From Hydrurus foetidus (lineage: Eukaryota), in assembly GCA_900617105.1 (NCBI GenBank), contig UYFQ01000720.1:1-57991 (forward strand): DNA of 57,991 nucleotides. Reading direction: 5' to 3'. Position 1 is the stretch's first letter. Each line of letters begins with the position of its first letter. Shown here in pieces: positions 12,148 through 24,179 of the stretch. The position numbers and the translations under genes were made by a program. The notes beneath the pieces were generated by a model. The model ran no database searches, had not been told where the DNA came from, and saw only the letters and a program-made list of their open reading frames with translations.

Positions 12148-14851
12148 TACAAGCTAATAAAAATAAGAAGGCGATAATGAAAATTAAAAGCTATGTCCCT
12201 ACTGAGAGTCTTCAATCTTAAGTCCAAGTTCCCTTAATGACGATCTTAAAGAATCGCATTCTTCAAATATTATTGTAGAACATTTTTTCAATTTCTTTTT
12301 ATCAATATCTACTACGGCAAGAATTGAATTTTCTTGATTTTCATTTGAATTTTGTTTTGTCTGATTTTCTAGAACTGTTTTTATTTCTTCGGAACAGTTA
12401 ATCACAAATTTTAAGCCTATTATCAACGCTTTTTGATCCCTACTTATGATCGCATTTCCTGTATTAATCTCAATTGCACTTCCCTTAGATGTTTGTAATG
12501 GAGAGAGGAGTGTAGCATATTCTTGCTGTATGTTTCGACAGCAATTTAGTGCGCTGGTCAATACACACACAGACAATTCAGATTCCATTAATAAAATGGC
12601 AATGTTACGTAAGTCTCCCCTGCATTTCAACAAATTAGTGGCATAGGCTGAATCCCAATTTTCACTGAATTCCGAAGTTTCCGTGGTATTATCATTACCA
12701 TTTTCGGTTGTACCGTTTTTTGACAACTGTGAATCGAAGTGTTCTAAATTTTCGTTATTCGGTTTTTTGTATTCTTTTCTAGGCAATTGAATCACAGAAT
12801 TGTTTTTGCTGCTATTTCCATTATTTTTGATGCTATTTCCGCTATTTTGTTTATTCTGTATTGAACCTGTTTTATCATCACTATTGCTACTCTCTGCACC
12901 ATTTTTTTTCCCACTTAATAACATTTTTTTAACACATCGTACGATTCCACAATGATCGACGGCAGCTGCATAATTATTTTGTCGCCTAGAAATCCCCTTT
13001 AAAGAATATACGGAAAATAAGAGAAATTTAGTAAGAGTATCTCTTTTTCTTTTCACTTGCGGTTGAGGGACAGAATCTAGTACTACATTATTCTTCGAAA
13101 GACTAATATCGAAATTTTTCGGTAATTCTTCGGAATTGAGATTTTCTTTAAATTCTATTGTATATTCATTTTTTACTTTTAAAATTTTCAAATTTAGTGC
13201 CTTGCAACACATTTCAAATTGACGTACAAAATATTTTTCTGCACATTCTAATTTGCCTACCATCATTTCGGACTGACCTAACGCTTGTATTTCTTGAATA
13301 ATTTCAATATTACCGTTTTCATTGTCACCGTTTTCTTGATGGTAATTATTATCGTGTGTGTTGTTGTTGTAATTATCGTAACCATAGATGACTTCCCGTA
13401 TCTTCAACGCCTCATAAAAATGGATGCTAGCTGCCTTGAAGTCGTGCATAGCGGAGAAACAAAATCCTAACTGGTGGTACACAGCAGCAACATTAATAGG
13501 TACAAGCTAATAAAAAAAAAGAAGGCGATAATGAAAATTAAAAGCTATGTCCCTACTGAGAGTCTTCAATCTTAAGTCCAAGTTCCCTTAATGACGATCT
13601 TAAAGAATCGCATTCTTCAAATATTATAGTAGAACATTTTTTCAATTTCTTTTTATCAATATCTACTACGGCAAGAATTGAATTTTCTTGATTTTCATTT
13701 GAATTTTGTTTTGTCTGATTTTCTAGAACTGTTTTTATTTCTTCGGAACAGTTAATCACAAATTTTAAGCCTATTATCAACGCTTTTTGATCCCTACTTA
13801 TGATCACATTTCCTGTATTAATCTCAATTGCACTTCCCTTAAATGTTTGTAATGGAGAGAGGAGTGTAGCATATTCTTGCTGTAGATTTCGACAGCAATT
13901 TAGTGCGCTGGTTAACACACACACAGACAATTCAGATTCCATTAATAAAATGGCAATATTACGTAAGTCTCCCCTGCATTTCAACAAATTAGTGGCATAG
14001 GCTGAATCCCAATTTTCACTGAATTCCGAAGTTTCCGTGATATTATCATTACCATTTTCGGTTGTACCGTTTTTTGACAACTGTGAATCGAAGTGTTCTA
14101 AATTTTCGTTATTCGGTTTTTTGCATTCTTTTCTAGGCAATTGAGTCACAGAATTGTTTTTGCTGCTATTTCCATTATTTTTGATGCTATTTCCGCTATT
14201 TTGTTTATTCTGTATTGAACCTGTTTTATCATCACTATTGCTACTCTCTGCACCATTTTTTTTCCCACTTAATAACATTTTTTTAACACATCGTACGATT
14301 CCACAATGATCGACGGCAGCTGCATAATTATTTTGTCGCCTAGAAATCCCCTTTAAAGAATATACGGAAAATAAGAGAAATTTAGTAAGAGTATCTCTTT
14401 TTCTTTTCACTTGCGGTTGAGGGACAGAATCTAGTACTACATTATTCTTCGATAGGCTAATATCGAAATTTTTCGGTAATTCTACGGAATTGAAATTTTC
14501 TTTAAATTCTATTGTATACTCATTTTTTACTTTTAAAATTTTCAAATTTAGTGCCTTGCAACACATTTCAAATTGGCGTGCAAAATATTTTTCGGCACAT
14601 TCTAATTTGCCTACCATCATTTCGGACTGACCTAACGCTTGTATTTCTTGAATAATTTCAATATTACCGTTTTCATTGTCACCGTTTTCTTGATGGTAAT
14701 TATTATCGTGTGTGTTGTTGTTGTAATTATCAAAACCATAGATGACTTCCCGTATCTTCAACGCCTCATAAAAATGGATGCTAGCTGCCTTGAAATCGTG
14801 CATAGCGGAGAAACAACATCCTAACTGGTGGTACACAGCAGCAACATTGAT
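12148..14851. repeat. Tandem duplication with ~1354 bp period (12148-13497 and 13501-14851)
   Basis: Near-identical copies of the last ~430 codons plus the start of the 3' UTR of the NB-ARC-TPR gene. Confidence 0.97.
12199..13482 (-). pseudogene. Duplicated C-terminal TPR region of the NB-ARC-TPR gene; open frame, non-ATG ORF start
   Basis: 427-codon ORF differing from the parent C-terminus at 11 residues. Confidence 0.7.
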
Positions 14852-17800
14852 GTGCCTTTCGAACTTCTCCAATCCATATGCATTCAGATACAAAGCCAAA
14901 GACTCCTTCAGTCGCATTTCTGCCTCATCCAAACTACCTCTTCTCAAAGCAACTCTACCTAATTGTTGCAGTGTTGCTGCGCGGCTGACGGAATTTTGAG
15001 ATTTTAGCCGATTTATGACGGGAATTTTCTCGTCATTTTCTTGGATTTTGTCGATTTTTTTTGTTAGGTATTCTATTTCACTGCGTTTTTCTTTCTCTAT
15101 TTTTTCTTTTTCTCTTTTCTGCACAGCATTTATACTGCTGTTACTATTCTGCTCACTTTCTTCACTATTGCAATTATCCACATCATCCAAATATTCCTTT
15201 TTCGATTTTTCGTCACCTACCATGTTTATTTGATTGGCATCACTTTCCCCTGTATTCTTCATCTCTACCTCTATCACTACCTCTTTTTCTCCCTCATAAC
15301 AACTATCCTCATTTTCTTTTCCATTCTCATCCCCATCATAATCATAATCGTCAACACAATTATCGGAGGCGCTTTTCACGGTTTCCAATAATAACGCTTT
15401 TAACAGCAATAATTGGGCCTTATCGTAGTCGCCCTCTCCCGTAGCAATCACGGCCAATTGATGCAGTGTGGCGGCTTCACTCGTGTCCGCAACTTCAACT
15501 TCAACTTCAACTTGATTTTCAGAGATATTTTTGCCGTAATATTCATCATTGTTTCCATTGAATTCGTTATTATTTTTATTTTCAATTGTTAACGATGACG
15601 CACTTTTCTTGATGAGTGATTTTTTGTCTCTCATTTCTTTCTTATGTTCTTTTTTCAACGTTAATGAGTCCGTTAAGTAAATAAAAGCAGAAGAATATTC
15701 ATGTTGGCGTAATCTCAACACCCCTAATTCATGATAAGTATCGCATATCTTACGAGAAAGTGTGATTTTTCTCATTTTTAATGCAATTTGTAAATTATTT
15801 TCAGCTTTTAAGTAATCTCCTCGAATTCGAAAAACTTTTCCAAGTAAATGTAATGCATTAGATTTTTCTTCCAATAATTCCCTCTGATTTTTGTTGATTG
15901 TATTACTATTATTTGATGCGATTTCATTATTGTTACTGTTAACATGAGACGCATTTTTATTTTTTTCTACAGTTTTTTCCTGCGGAACATTCTTTTCAGA
16001 AGAATCGGCTATGTCACATATTTTACTCTGCATCAGAACAGCATTTTCCAATAGATATTGTGCAGAGTCAAATCGAGACAAAACCTCTGTGTAGTACAGA
16101 GCAGATTGTATAAGTATAATACAAAATCTTCGGGAAACTTCTGTACGTACGCCATATTTTCGTACGTGCTCTACAAGACATTGTATATGATTGAGTATTG
16201 ATCCGCACTCCTCCCACGTATGTACATTTTTAATGTCAAATTTCCACATTAAATTAATGGTAAAAATGCATTTTTCCAGCTGATTTCTAATGTTTTTATT
16301 TCCGCCTGTAATATGTACTCTAGACCGTATGACGGATTGTTGTAAACGGTGAATACTGCCAACCCGGTTATTTCTCCCTCCTCTCACTGATAGTAAACTA
16401 AATTGTTTCAATAATTGCCACACACGATCTGTTTCGCTCGAAATATTTTCTTGACTTATAAAATCTTCTTTTACGCCATTTTTATCGAAATTTTTCATTT
16501 TATCTGTTGTTACATCATTACTATTTCCATCTTTTATTCTTGTCGCGTTAGTGCCAAACTTTTCTGATGTGAGTAAATTGGTCTTCGTGGCTTTTCCTAC
16601 TTCACATTTCTCATTTCCGATTTTACTGTTTGTAACGTCAGATCTTAATTTGTCAGTTTCGATATTCGATGCATAGTAAAGTTGTCCATCTCCACTTTCT
16701 ATTATATTGTCGTTATTGATTGTTTTTGTTGCGCTGCAAATTAGAGTACCAGCGCCAAATAATGCAAAAAAAGATAGAGCAATTAATCCGCATTTTTCAG
16801 TTGCTTGATATGATCTAATCTTTGAGTATGGTAATAATAGAAATGAAAAAGATAGCGTCGAACATATTGCTGTTACTTGTATTGCACAATTAAATTGCCT
16901 TTTAGAGAGGAATGTTCTTGAGGAAAATAATTGTGATGCTGCTCGAGTGCTAAAATTGACGAAACTATTACCTATTTTGGAAGATTTAGTATTTGAATTG
17001 TCGATATTCTCGAGGAAACAATTTCTCTCACCACTTTCTTCTTCGCGATTCACATCATTCGTATCGTCCAGCATATCACTACTTATCTGTCCATCAATAT
17101 CTTCATTCTTCTCCGAACTGCCTTCTTCATTGATTTCAACTTTACTCACTTCTTTTCTATCCTTTTCTTCCACCACCAAAATACCGTTTATTCCGCTATT
17201 GGTTTGTTTTTTATCGTAATAACCGATTTCCAATAATAATCTCACCAATTTTTTTGTCACTCCATCTGGCGATAAAAAACTCAAGAGGAAGAGCACACAC
17301 AGCGCAGCTTCGGATTCTCCTTTTATTCTGTCCAAAGAAATGCTGAGCGAAGAAACTACTGAATAATCATTCGCTCCCATAATGTCTGACGTCATTCTGC
17401 TTTTAAGAACGTTCTTTTTCTTTGTATTTTTTATCCCTGATTTTATTTCATCTACTTTATTTTTGTTTGCATTTTCTCTCTCATTATCATGATCGCTGTT
17501 TGACTTTTTCTTTCCCCCTATACACTCTCCCTCCTCCCCCTCTTCTTCCTCCTCCTCATTATCATATCCTTCTTCTTCATGTAAGATCAAGTTATCCAGT
17601 CTCGATAGGTATTCGCATGCAGACACATCACATCTCGTCAAGTACGCGCTAACCATTGCTAATGCTAAAGGCAAGTGACCCATCCGATCAGCCAATACAG
17701 ACAAACTTCTCAACTCATCACTCCCCGCACCACTCACACTCACAGCATTTAAACCAGTAGTAGTAGTTACGATAGTGTTTAACGGAGTGTTCCATGTAGT

Positions 17801-19856
17801 GCTTGATGTAGTTTTCGAGATAGTGTGTACATCATTACCTCCCATCTGTAGACTGATATCCAAGAATTGCATGCTCTCTGCTTTATTGAAACACTCCAAT
17901 AAAATAGAAGATGCACATCTACTGTTTTGCTGATAGTCAAAATGGTTAAAACTTCCTAAGGATTTGTTCTGACCGCTGACGTCATGAGACGCTCTTGTCG
18001 TGATGATGACGTGGCCCCCACCCAAACCCTCGAATCCGGTCCCAGGTCCGGATCCAGGACTTGATTCCAGAGTTTTATCATACTCTATTTTTTCACTTTC
18101 GATTGTTCCTAATTTTTCTACTTTTTCAGTTTTTCCTGTTTTGTCTGAATAATTCAGTGAATCTGTTTTTTTTGTTGTGGAGTCTGCTGCTAATTCCTTG
18201 AGATTGGGACTAAAAATACATCGAGAGAAATCTCTATTTGTCGAAGATAAAGAGGTAGTGCAAGAGGTAGAGGTGGAGGTGGAGAATGAGCAGTTAGGTG
18301 GAGACGATGATGAGAATTGTTGATTTAATTGACCTCTGGGAAGATATTTGTTAACGATTGAGGAGTCTTCTACATTGTCGAATATAATCAACCACCTATA
18401 GCGACATCTCGACAATTTCCTCTTCACAATTTCCACCACTTCATCATCGTCAAACTCGGACATTAACGATTCCGTGCATTCAAGGGCATCATCTCCATTG
18501 ATGCTTTTAATACCAGATTTTCTTCCAGTCAGAAATTTGGCATTTTTTTCTGCATCAACTTCAACTTCAACATCAAGTTTTCCGCCAAAATTTCCTTTTT
18601 TGACATTTTTTTCATCGCCTAACAAACCAAGATCGACAGCTAGCCTTCTCATTTCTTGAGAAATAGAAGCTTGACTCTCAGCACGTACCATGACTACGAA
18701 TCCGTACTTACTTCCGAAATGACGATGGCAATATTCGACTGATAATTGAGTTTTGCCCACACCTCCAATACCGCCTAGTTCTGCTTTTTTAATCCCACAG
18801 CTATTTTGATTTATGTCGTTATTGTTCTTGTCAGATTGATTGAATAGTTTGTCATGCAGTTGAGTCAGTTGTTCTTCCCTTCCAGTGAATAGATTGTTCC
18901 GAGGTGGAACCCCCCACATTCCTGAAAATATAAAAGAAATAAAATAGCCATGAAAATGATATAATATCCTTCGAAATAAAGTATAATTCTGTTTATGAAG
19001 AAGTGCCCCTTATTGACATGCGACTATACGATTTATTCTCATGGCAATTCAGTAGGTAAATCGGATGATGTCAAAAACAGCTGTAGTAATTTTGTAGCAT
19101 TTCATTTTGACGCTTTTACGTACCTCGTAAACTAGTTAAATGTTGACTGGAGAATTCTTCAGGATGTTTCCTCTCACAAAATCTCACATGAAAATCATGT
19201 TCTTCTAGACATTTATCGATGACGGAATATTCTGGTCTATGTAGCCAAGGCCTTCTAGACATGGGAGCATCATTCAAATAAAACTCGTTCCAACCAGAAG
19301 TAGACAGAAGGAAGTTTGAAACCAGTGCAGTACCTCCCCATTCTAGACATCCTCTAATGCAAGTATCGATGTATGTCTGCAGCAGAGGAAAATTCTCGTC
19401 TGGTTCCGACAGTCTATTAATTTCTGGAATGTACACCCACACTTTCCCTGTAACTTGCTGCTCTGTATCCTCACATTCCGATTGAGCGATTGAAGAGTCG
19501 ATTCGGATGAAGTCATTCGGAATCAGTACTCTATGATAACCAGATTCACGAATGTCAAAAGACTTTAAAGCTGCAGCATTCGGAATAGGAAACAAGACCC
19601 CTGATATCTCTTTCAACTTCTGGAGGTCAGATTCATCTTCACATCGTTTCAATCCCAAAGCAGTAAAACCAGTAGATGAACGGTAGCACCAGCACCTCTC
19701 ATAACCAAATTTTGGCGAAATGATTGCGAGTACAGCTTCATCCCCCTCAGTGTCGGCAACATGCGTATTAGCAGAGAGACACTGCAAAGTTGTCTTCCTC
19801 GAGAAGTTGTTGATGATGCTTCCATATCCGAAAACGTAATCCTTTTCGACAATCAT
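13553..19856 (-). CDS. NLR-like protein: GGCT/ChaC-like domain + NB-ARC (STAND NTPase) + TPR repeats; exons 19856-19124 and 18921-13553, ~2030 aa
   Basis: Exon 1 has YVFGYGSIIN and FDIRESGY. The GT-AG intron joins in frame (LR G MWGVPPRN). Exon 2 has FTGRE, Walker A GIGGVGKT, Walker B LIIFDNVED, VIITTR, GHLPLAL, IHRL (MHD-like) and kinesin-light-chain-type TPRs. Confidence 0.88.
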
Positions 19857-20014
19857 GTCACCGTACTATTCCGATTGTTTGCGATCCTCTCCTTTGCATG
19901 GAGGTGCCACTTGTTTCAGTCTAACTGACAGCCATAAAGATGAATTTCTCTCTCTTCTCTGGCTGCTTTCTCTTCAGACATGAAGCTCAGAGCTGTGATA
20001 ACTTAGCCCATATA

Positions 20015-20306
20015 TTGTGGTACGACTTTTGATCTGTGCAGCACGAAGACCATGAGCGCTCCCAGAGAGCTGAGCATGTCACCAAAAATTTACCTACAGG
20101 GGTCTATTCTCATCAATTGGATCATGGATCTTAGAGATTCCATCGAAAAAACAGGGTTTCTGGGTCAGATTCTAGATCAAATTGAAATATAGACCCCCCT
20201 GTCGGTAAATTTTTGGTGACATGTTCAGCTCTCTGCTGGGGGCGCGTGCAGCTCTCTGTGGGGAGTGTGCACAGATCAAAAGTAAAAATAATATCCCAAT
20301 TCACAA
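20015..20306. mobile_element. Foldback MITE (~290 bp) with TTGTG...CACAA ends flanked by TATA
   Basis: Arm 20025-20040 pairs with 20268-20283, and 20063-20107 pairs with 20189-20235. No coding capacity. Confidence 0.7.
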
Positions 20307-21286
20307 TATACGAAAAATGTCGACGTCCAAAAGCGACCAAAATTTCGAAAACCAAAACCTCCAAAATTTCCAAAACATCGGTTTTCCGTCGGTTTTTCAT
20401 TTTTGAGGTTTCGGTTTCCTTCCAACTTCCCACACTCGAGTTGGATAGAAAATTAAAACATCTGATCTCAAAAACCTCTCAGAAAGATTTTGGGTTTTGG
20501 GGTAGGTTTTGACTCGACAATTACCGTACGTGTAATGTGTTCCCAGATCCCAGAACTGATAGCTAATTTCGTAGTATTGCAGAACTGGTCTATCCGTAGT
20601 ATTGCAGAAATTTGATGCTAGTTAGGCTGATAACTCTCTTAGATGTAGGTAGAAACTTTGCCTATCAATTAATTCGTGAATTTGATGGTGGTCAGAAAGT
20701 AAGATGTTGAATAATCGTGGATAGTACGGTAAGATATCCCTCACACAAGAGATTGTATCCTCTGCATATGATAGATATTTCTAAAAAATGATTTCTGTGT
20801 TATATCATCTGATTTACTTGCATCTCATCGATATTGCTTATTGATTCTCACTCAGGTCATCCCTCGGGACGCATGTGCAAAATAATTTCAGTGCATTGTG
20901 ACGCGTTCATTCAGGCCATCACTTACTGGGCACAGCTCGGCACTCAGAAGAAAGAAAACGGATTACACTGAGTGAGAATTTCTTCCTACCGCACCTTTTT
21001 TCGTTTTTAAAAAAAAAGCAATCCGAGATACTACAGACTAACACCGAACCTATACGACAAATGTCGCTAAAACCAAACCGCGGAAAAGCGGCTTCAAAAG
21101 TGGCGGTCTGACAACCTGCGAACATATACAACAAAGACACGACAAATTGAAAAGCAAGACATCAGTCCACAGATCGCAGCATCTCATCAGAAATCAGAGT
21201 CACGAGCTGCCAACAACATAGACAAATCAAAGTCTACAATCAGACTGCAGTTCATAGGTGACAACAATTCATCACAAATCAATGAA

Positions 21287-22657
21287 ATGAGCTCCGACAA
21301 ATCTGGTAGTGAGTCGGACAGTGAGAGCAGTAGCGATGAAAGTGTCATCATACCTCGACTGATCAACAACTTTCGTGGGCGGCGATGGAAGCTACTTATT
21401 GCTCTTCAATCAGTCCTATCACTTGAGGGTGCTTCCTATCTCTCGACATGCTCTTTACGGAAGGGAAATATGCACCGAGACAGGAGCGAGATAATCAGAT
21501 GGGGTGCAGGGCTCGACGATAAAATGTTCAATCGTCAATTTCGCTTGTGCAGGGAAGATTTCTTTTACGTTTTATCGAAGATAGCTGTAGACCTCCAGAA
21601 GGACGTGAAAAAAGCAAAAAACAGCTCAGGTTCCGAAATCAGCCCTCAATTGATGCTCATGATAACTTTACGGATACTTGCGGGAGCATCATATTTAGAT
21701 ATGATCCACTACAGAGTGCATGTCGATTCAGTTGCAACTATAGTATGGGATACTGTGTCATCTATACATCGGAGAATAGACAACATTCGATTAGCCTCGA
21801 ATGATGAAGATTGTCTGAGGATCGCTAAAGAGTGGGCAGCTATACAGCTTTTGAGATGGGGTCAGCATCTCACATCCGGCACTCTTTATGCTGGTGATGG
21901 TCTCGCGATAGAAATCGCCCAACCCTCTGTAGCTGACTTACGTGAAAGGCCGTTATCAATATTTCGGAACAGGAAGGGATTTTGGGCGCTGATCGCCCAA
22001 GGCTTTTGTGATGCAAACACAAAGTTTGGTGTTTTTGATGTCAAATGGCCGGGAAGTACCAATGACATCATTGCCTATCAGATGACTGAAATTTATAAGA
22101 AGGCTATTGACAATCAGTTTCCTGCTTGGGCAACATTCGTTTTGGATGAAGCATATTCATCTTGTGGGGGAATGCACCTCACTCCATTTTCTCTACACCA
22201 ATTGAAGCGTGCGAAAAAAAATGACCTGTCACTGTACTATAAGATGTTGGCTTTTAACAATGTGCTGTCCTCTCAACGAATCACCATTGAGAGAGCTTTT
22301 GGGATACTTGTTCGGCGCTGGGGAATCTTATGGAGACCTATTACATATAGTCTTCGGAGGGTTGCGAAAATCGCGAGGACTTGTGCAATGCTGCATAATA
22401 TCTGTGTTGATAGATGGTTGTTAAATAATCCGCGCAATTTTCACAATAATAGACGTGTTTGGCCTGATGTTCCCGATCAAATGCATGTTGATGATCCTAT
22501 GCCCGAAGATGAGGCCATAATAAACCGAATGCATAATAGTTACATTCATGCTAGGGCAGTTTCACAAAACAATTCGATTAGAAATAAACTCCTACAAGAT
22601 ATCTATGACGCAGGAATAGTTGCAACATCAGACACAGAATTTCACCAGATAGAATAA
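21287..22657 (+). CDS. PIF/Harbinger DDE transposase
   Basis: AGDGLAI, NRKGF, WPGSTND, LDEAY and RITIERAFGILVRRWGIL motifs; intact ORF. Confidence 0.95.
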   Translation: MSSDKSGSESDSESSSDESVIIPRLINNFRGRRWKLLIALQSVLSLEGASYLSTCSLRKGNMHRDRSEIIRWGAGLDDKMFNRQFRLCREDFFYVLSKIAVDLQKDVKKAKNSSGSEISPQLMLMITLRILAGASYLDMIHYRVHVDSVATIVWDTVSSIHRRIDNIRLASNDEDCLRIAKEWAAIQLLRWGQHLTSGTLYAGDGLAIEIAQPSVADLRERPLSIFRNRKGFWALIAQGFCDANTKFGVFDVKWPGSTNDIIAYQMTEIYKKAIDNQFPAWATFVLDEAYSSCGGMHLTPFSLHQLKRAKKNDLSLYYKMLAFNNVLSSQRITIERAFGILVRRWGILWRPITYSLRRVAKIARTCAMLHNICVDRWLLNNPRNFHNNRRVWPDVPDQMHVDDPMPEDEAIINRMHNSYIHARAVSQNNSIRNKLLQDIYDAGIVATSDTEFHQIE

Positions 22658-22669
22658 ACAGTACGGCAT

Positions 22670-24179
22670 TCAACCGCTCGAAATCAGAAGTTTCAGATCG
22701 TTCTTCATTTTGTTCTGCTCATCCATTGTGTAAAGCCCAAACACGGTAGCGTTGTCCATAACTTTTAACAAATTGTTCACTCTCTTCTCATTGGCAGATG
22801 CCAAATTCTTCTGTACTACTGAATTATTCACAGAATCAATTGAATCAGAAGATTGAGGTGTGGCACTTCTATCTGGAGTCGACATGATTTCTTTGAACAT
22901 AGCCATCTGTTGCGACTGGTCAGATAGCTTCTGCTGGCTAATGGAGTCTTCTAGCCTGCGCTTTCGCTTCGCGTAAGTCGACTCGGTTGCACCCTTAACT
23001 TGGGACTCTTCTATCTCATGAGCACTTTCTTCCTCTGAAAGACTCGCAACCAAGAAGTCCAAGTCTTTGCCTCGCACGGTCATCCAAAAATAAAATTTGC
23101 CGACATCTTTTGGTCTATTTTCGAGGCCTACGAAGTAAAGAATGACTATTATCAAGTAGTTGATGTAACCATGAGAGATGTGATTTACTGAATGTACCTG
23201 TACGGAGATAAGCGTTATCGATAAGGTCTGTCGATGATGAGTTGTAACCACTCTTAAAGATGCGACCGTCGAGAAGCATATTTTGAGTACCTGAAAATAT
23301 AACGGTGAAAGTGTACATAACTGAATTAATTCACAGGAGCGCTCATGTTTAACGGCATAATCAAAATCACTCACGAGCAGCAGTGAGGAGATCTTTGAAT
23401 TGCTTGCCCATCGGTGTACTAGCCGTCGAGTAAAACACTCCTTTGGATGGATCTATATCTGCCAGTACGGCTCCATGCCCCGTTATGATCAGATCCTTGA
23501 AAGAGTTCGTGTATCCGTCTCTCTTTGACATAACCGACTCGGCGATAGCCGTCCATCGAGCCAGCGTGACATGAATCGCACCAAGATCGAGAAAGGCTGG
23601 TCTCAGATTCGCCTCAATAGGGGCAGAAATCGCTGTGAACATTGGCGTCATTTCCGGATCTGCTAGAGCGCAGGCGAGGAGGGCAAGGCGGTCCACAGTT
23701 CTCCCAGACTTCTGCGTCGCTACCTCCTGCTCATCCAAAATCAGAACCTGGTGATTCCTCGTCTTCGGCACATTTTTTACTGCGCTGACTTTTCTCACGA
23801 CAAAACCCTCCAACACGCTCGTCTTCAATGATGCAAAAGTGAGTGAGCCGCCTACTACGCCACTGAAGACTGTCGCGACAGCATCCTTGTTGACTTTCTT
23901 GCAGTTCGCCCAAGTTGGTGTCAACTCGTCGCATAGCTTTACATTCTTCAGGTAGACCAATGCTCTATTCATTGACAATGACGTTCCGAATTTTTGTCCA
24001 CTGATAGGCAATTTGTCTACGATGCACTGAAACAGCTCGGTTCCACTACTTGCGGCCTCAATTTCCTTCCGCAATCTAGCCTGTCGCTCTTCGTCCGTTT
24101 CGACGGCATCGTCTGCGATGGCACTAGAGAGGACTTCATCAGAGACAAGAAAATCGTCGAAGTCTTCGTCGTCAGACAT
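22670..24179 (-). CDS. Harbinger accessory ORF2 (451 aa); exons 24179-23375, 23290-23198, 23127-22670
   Basis: Inside the TIRs and convergent with the transposase. Two GT-AG phase-1 introns give a continuous frame, with an NLS-like KRKRR. A Myb/SANT domain could not be confirmed by eye. Confidence 0.75.
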
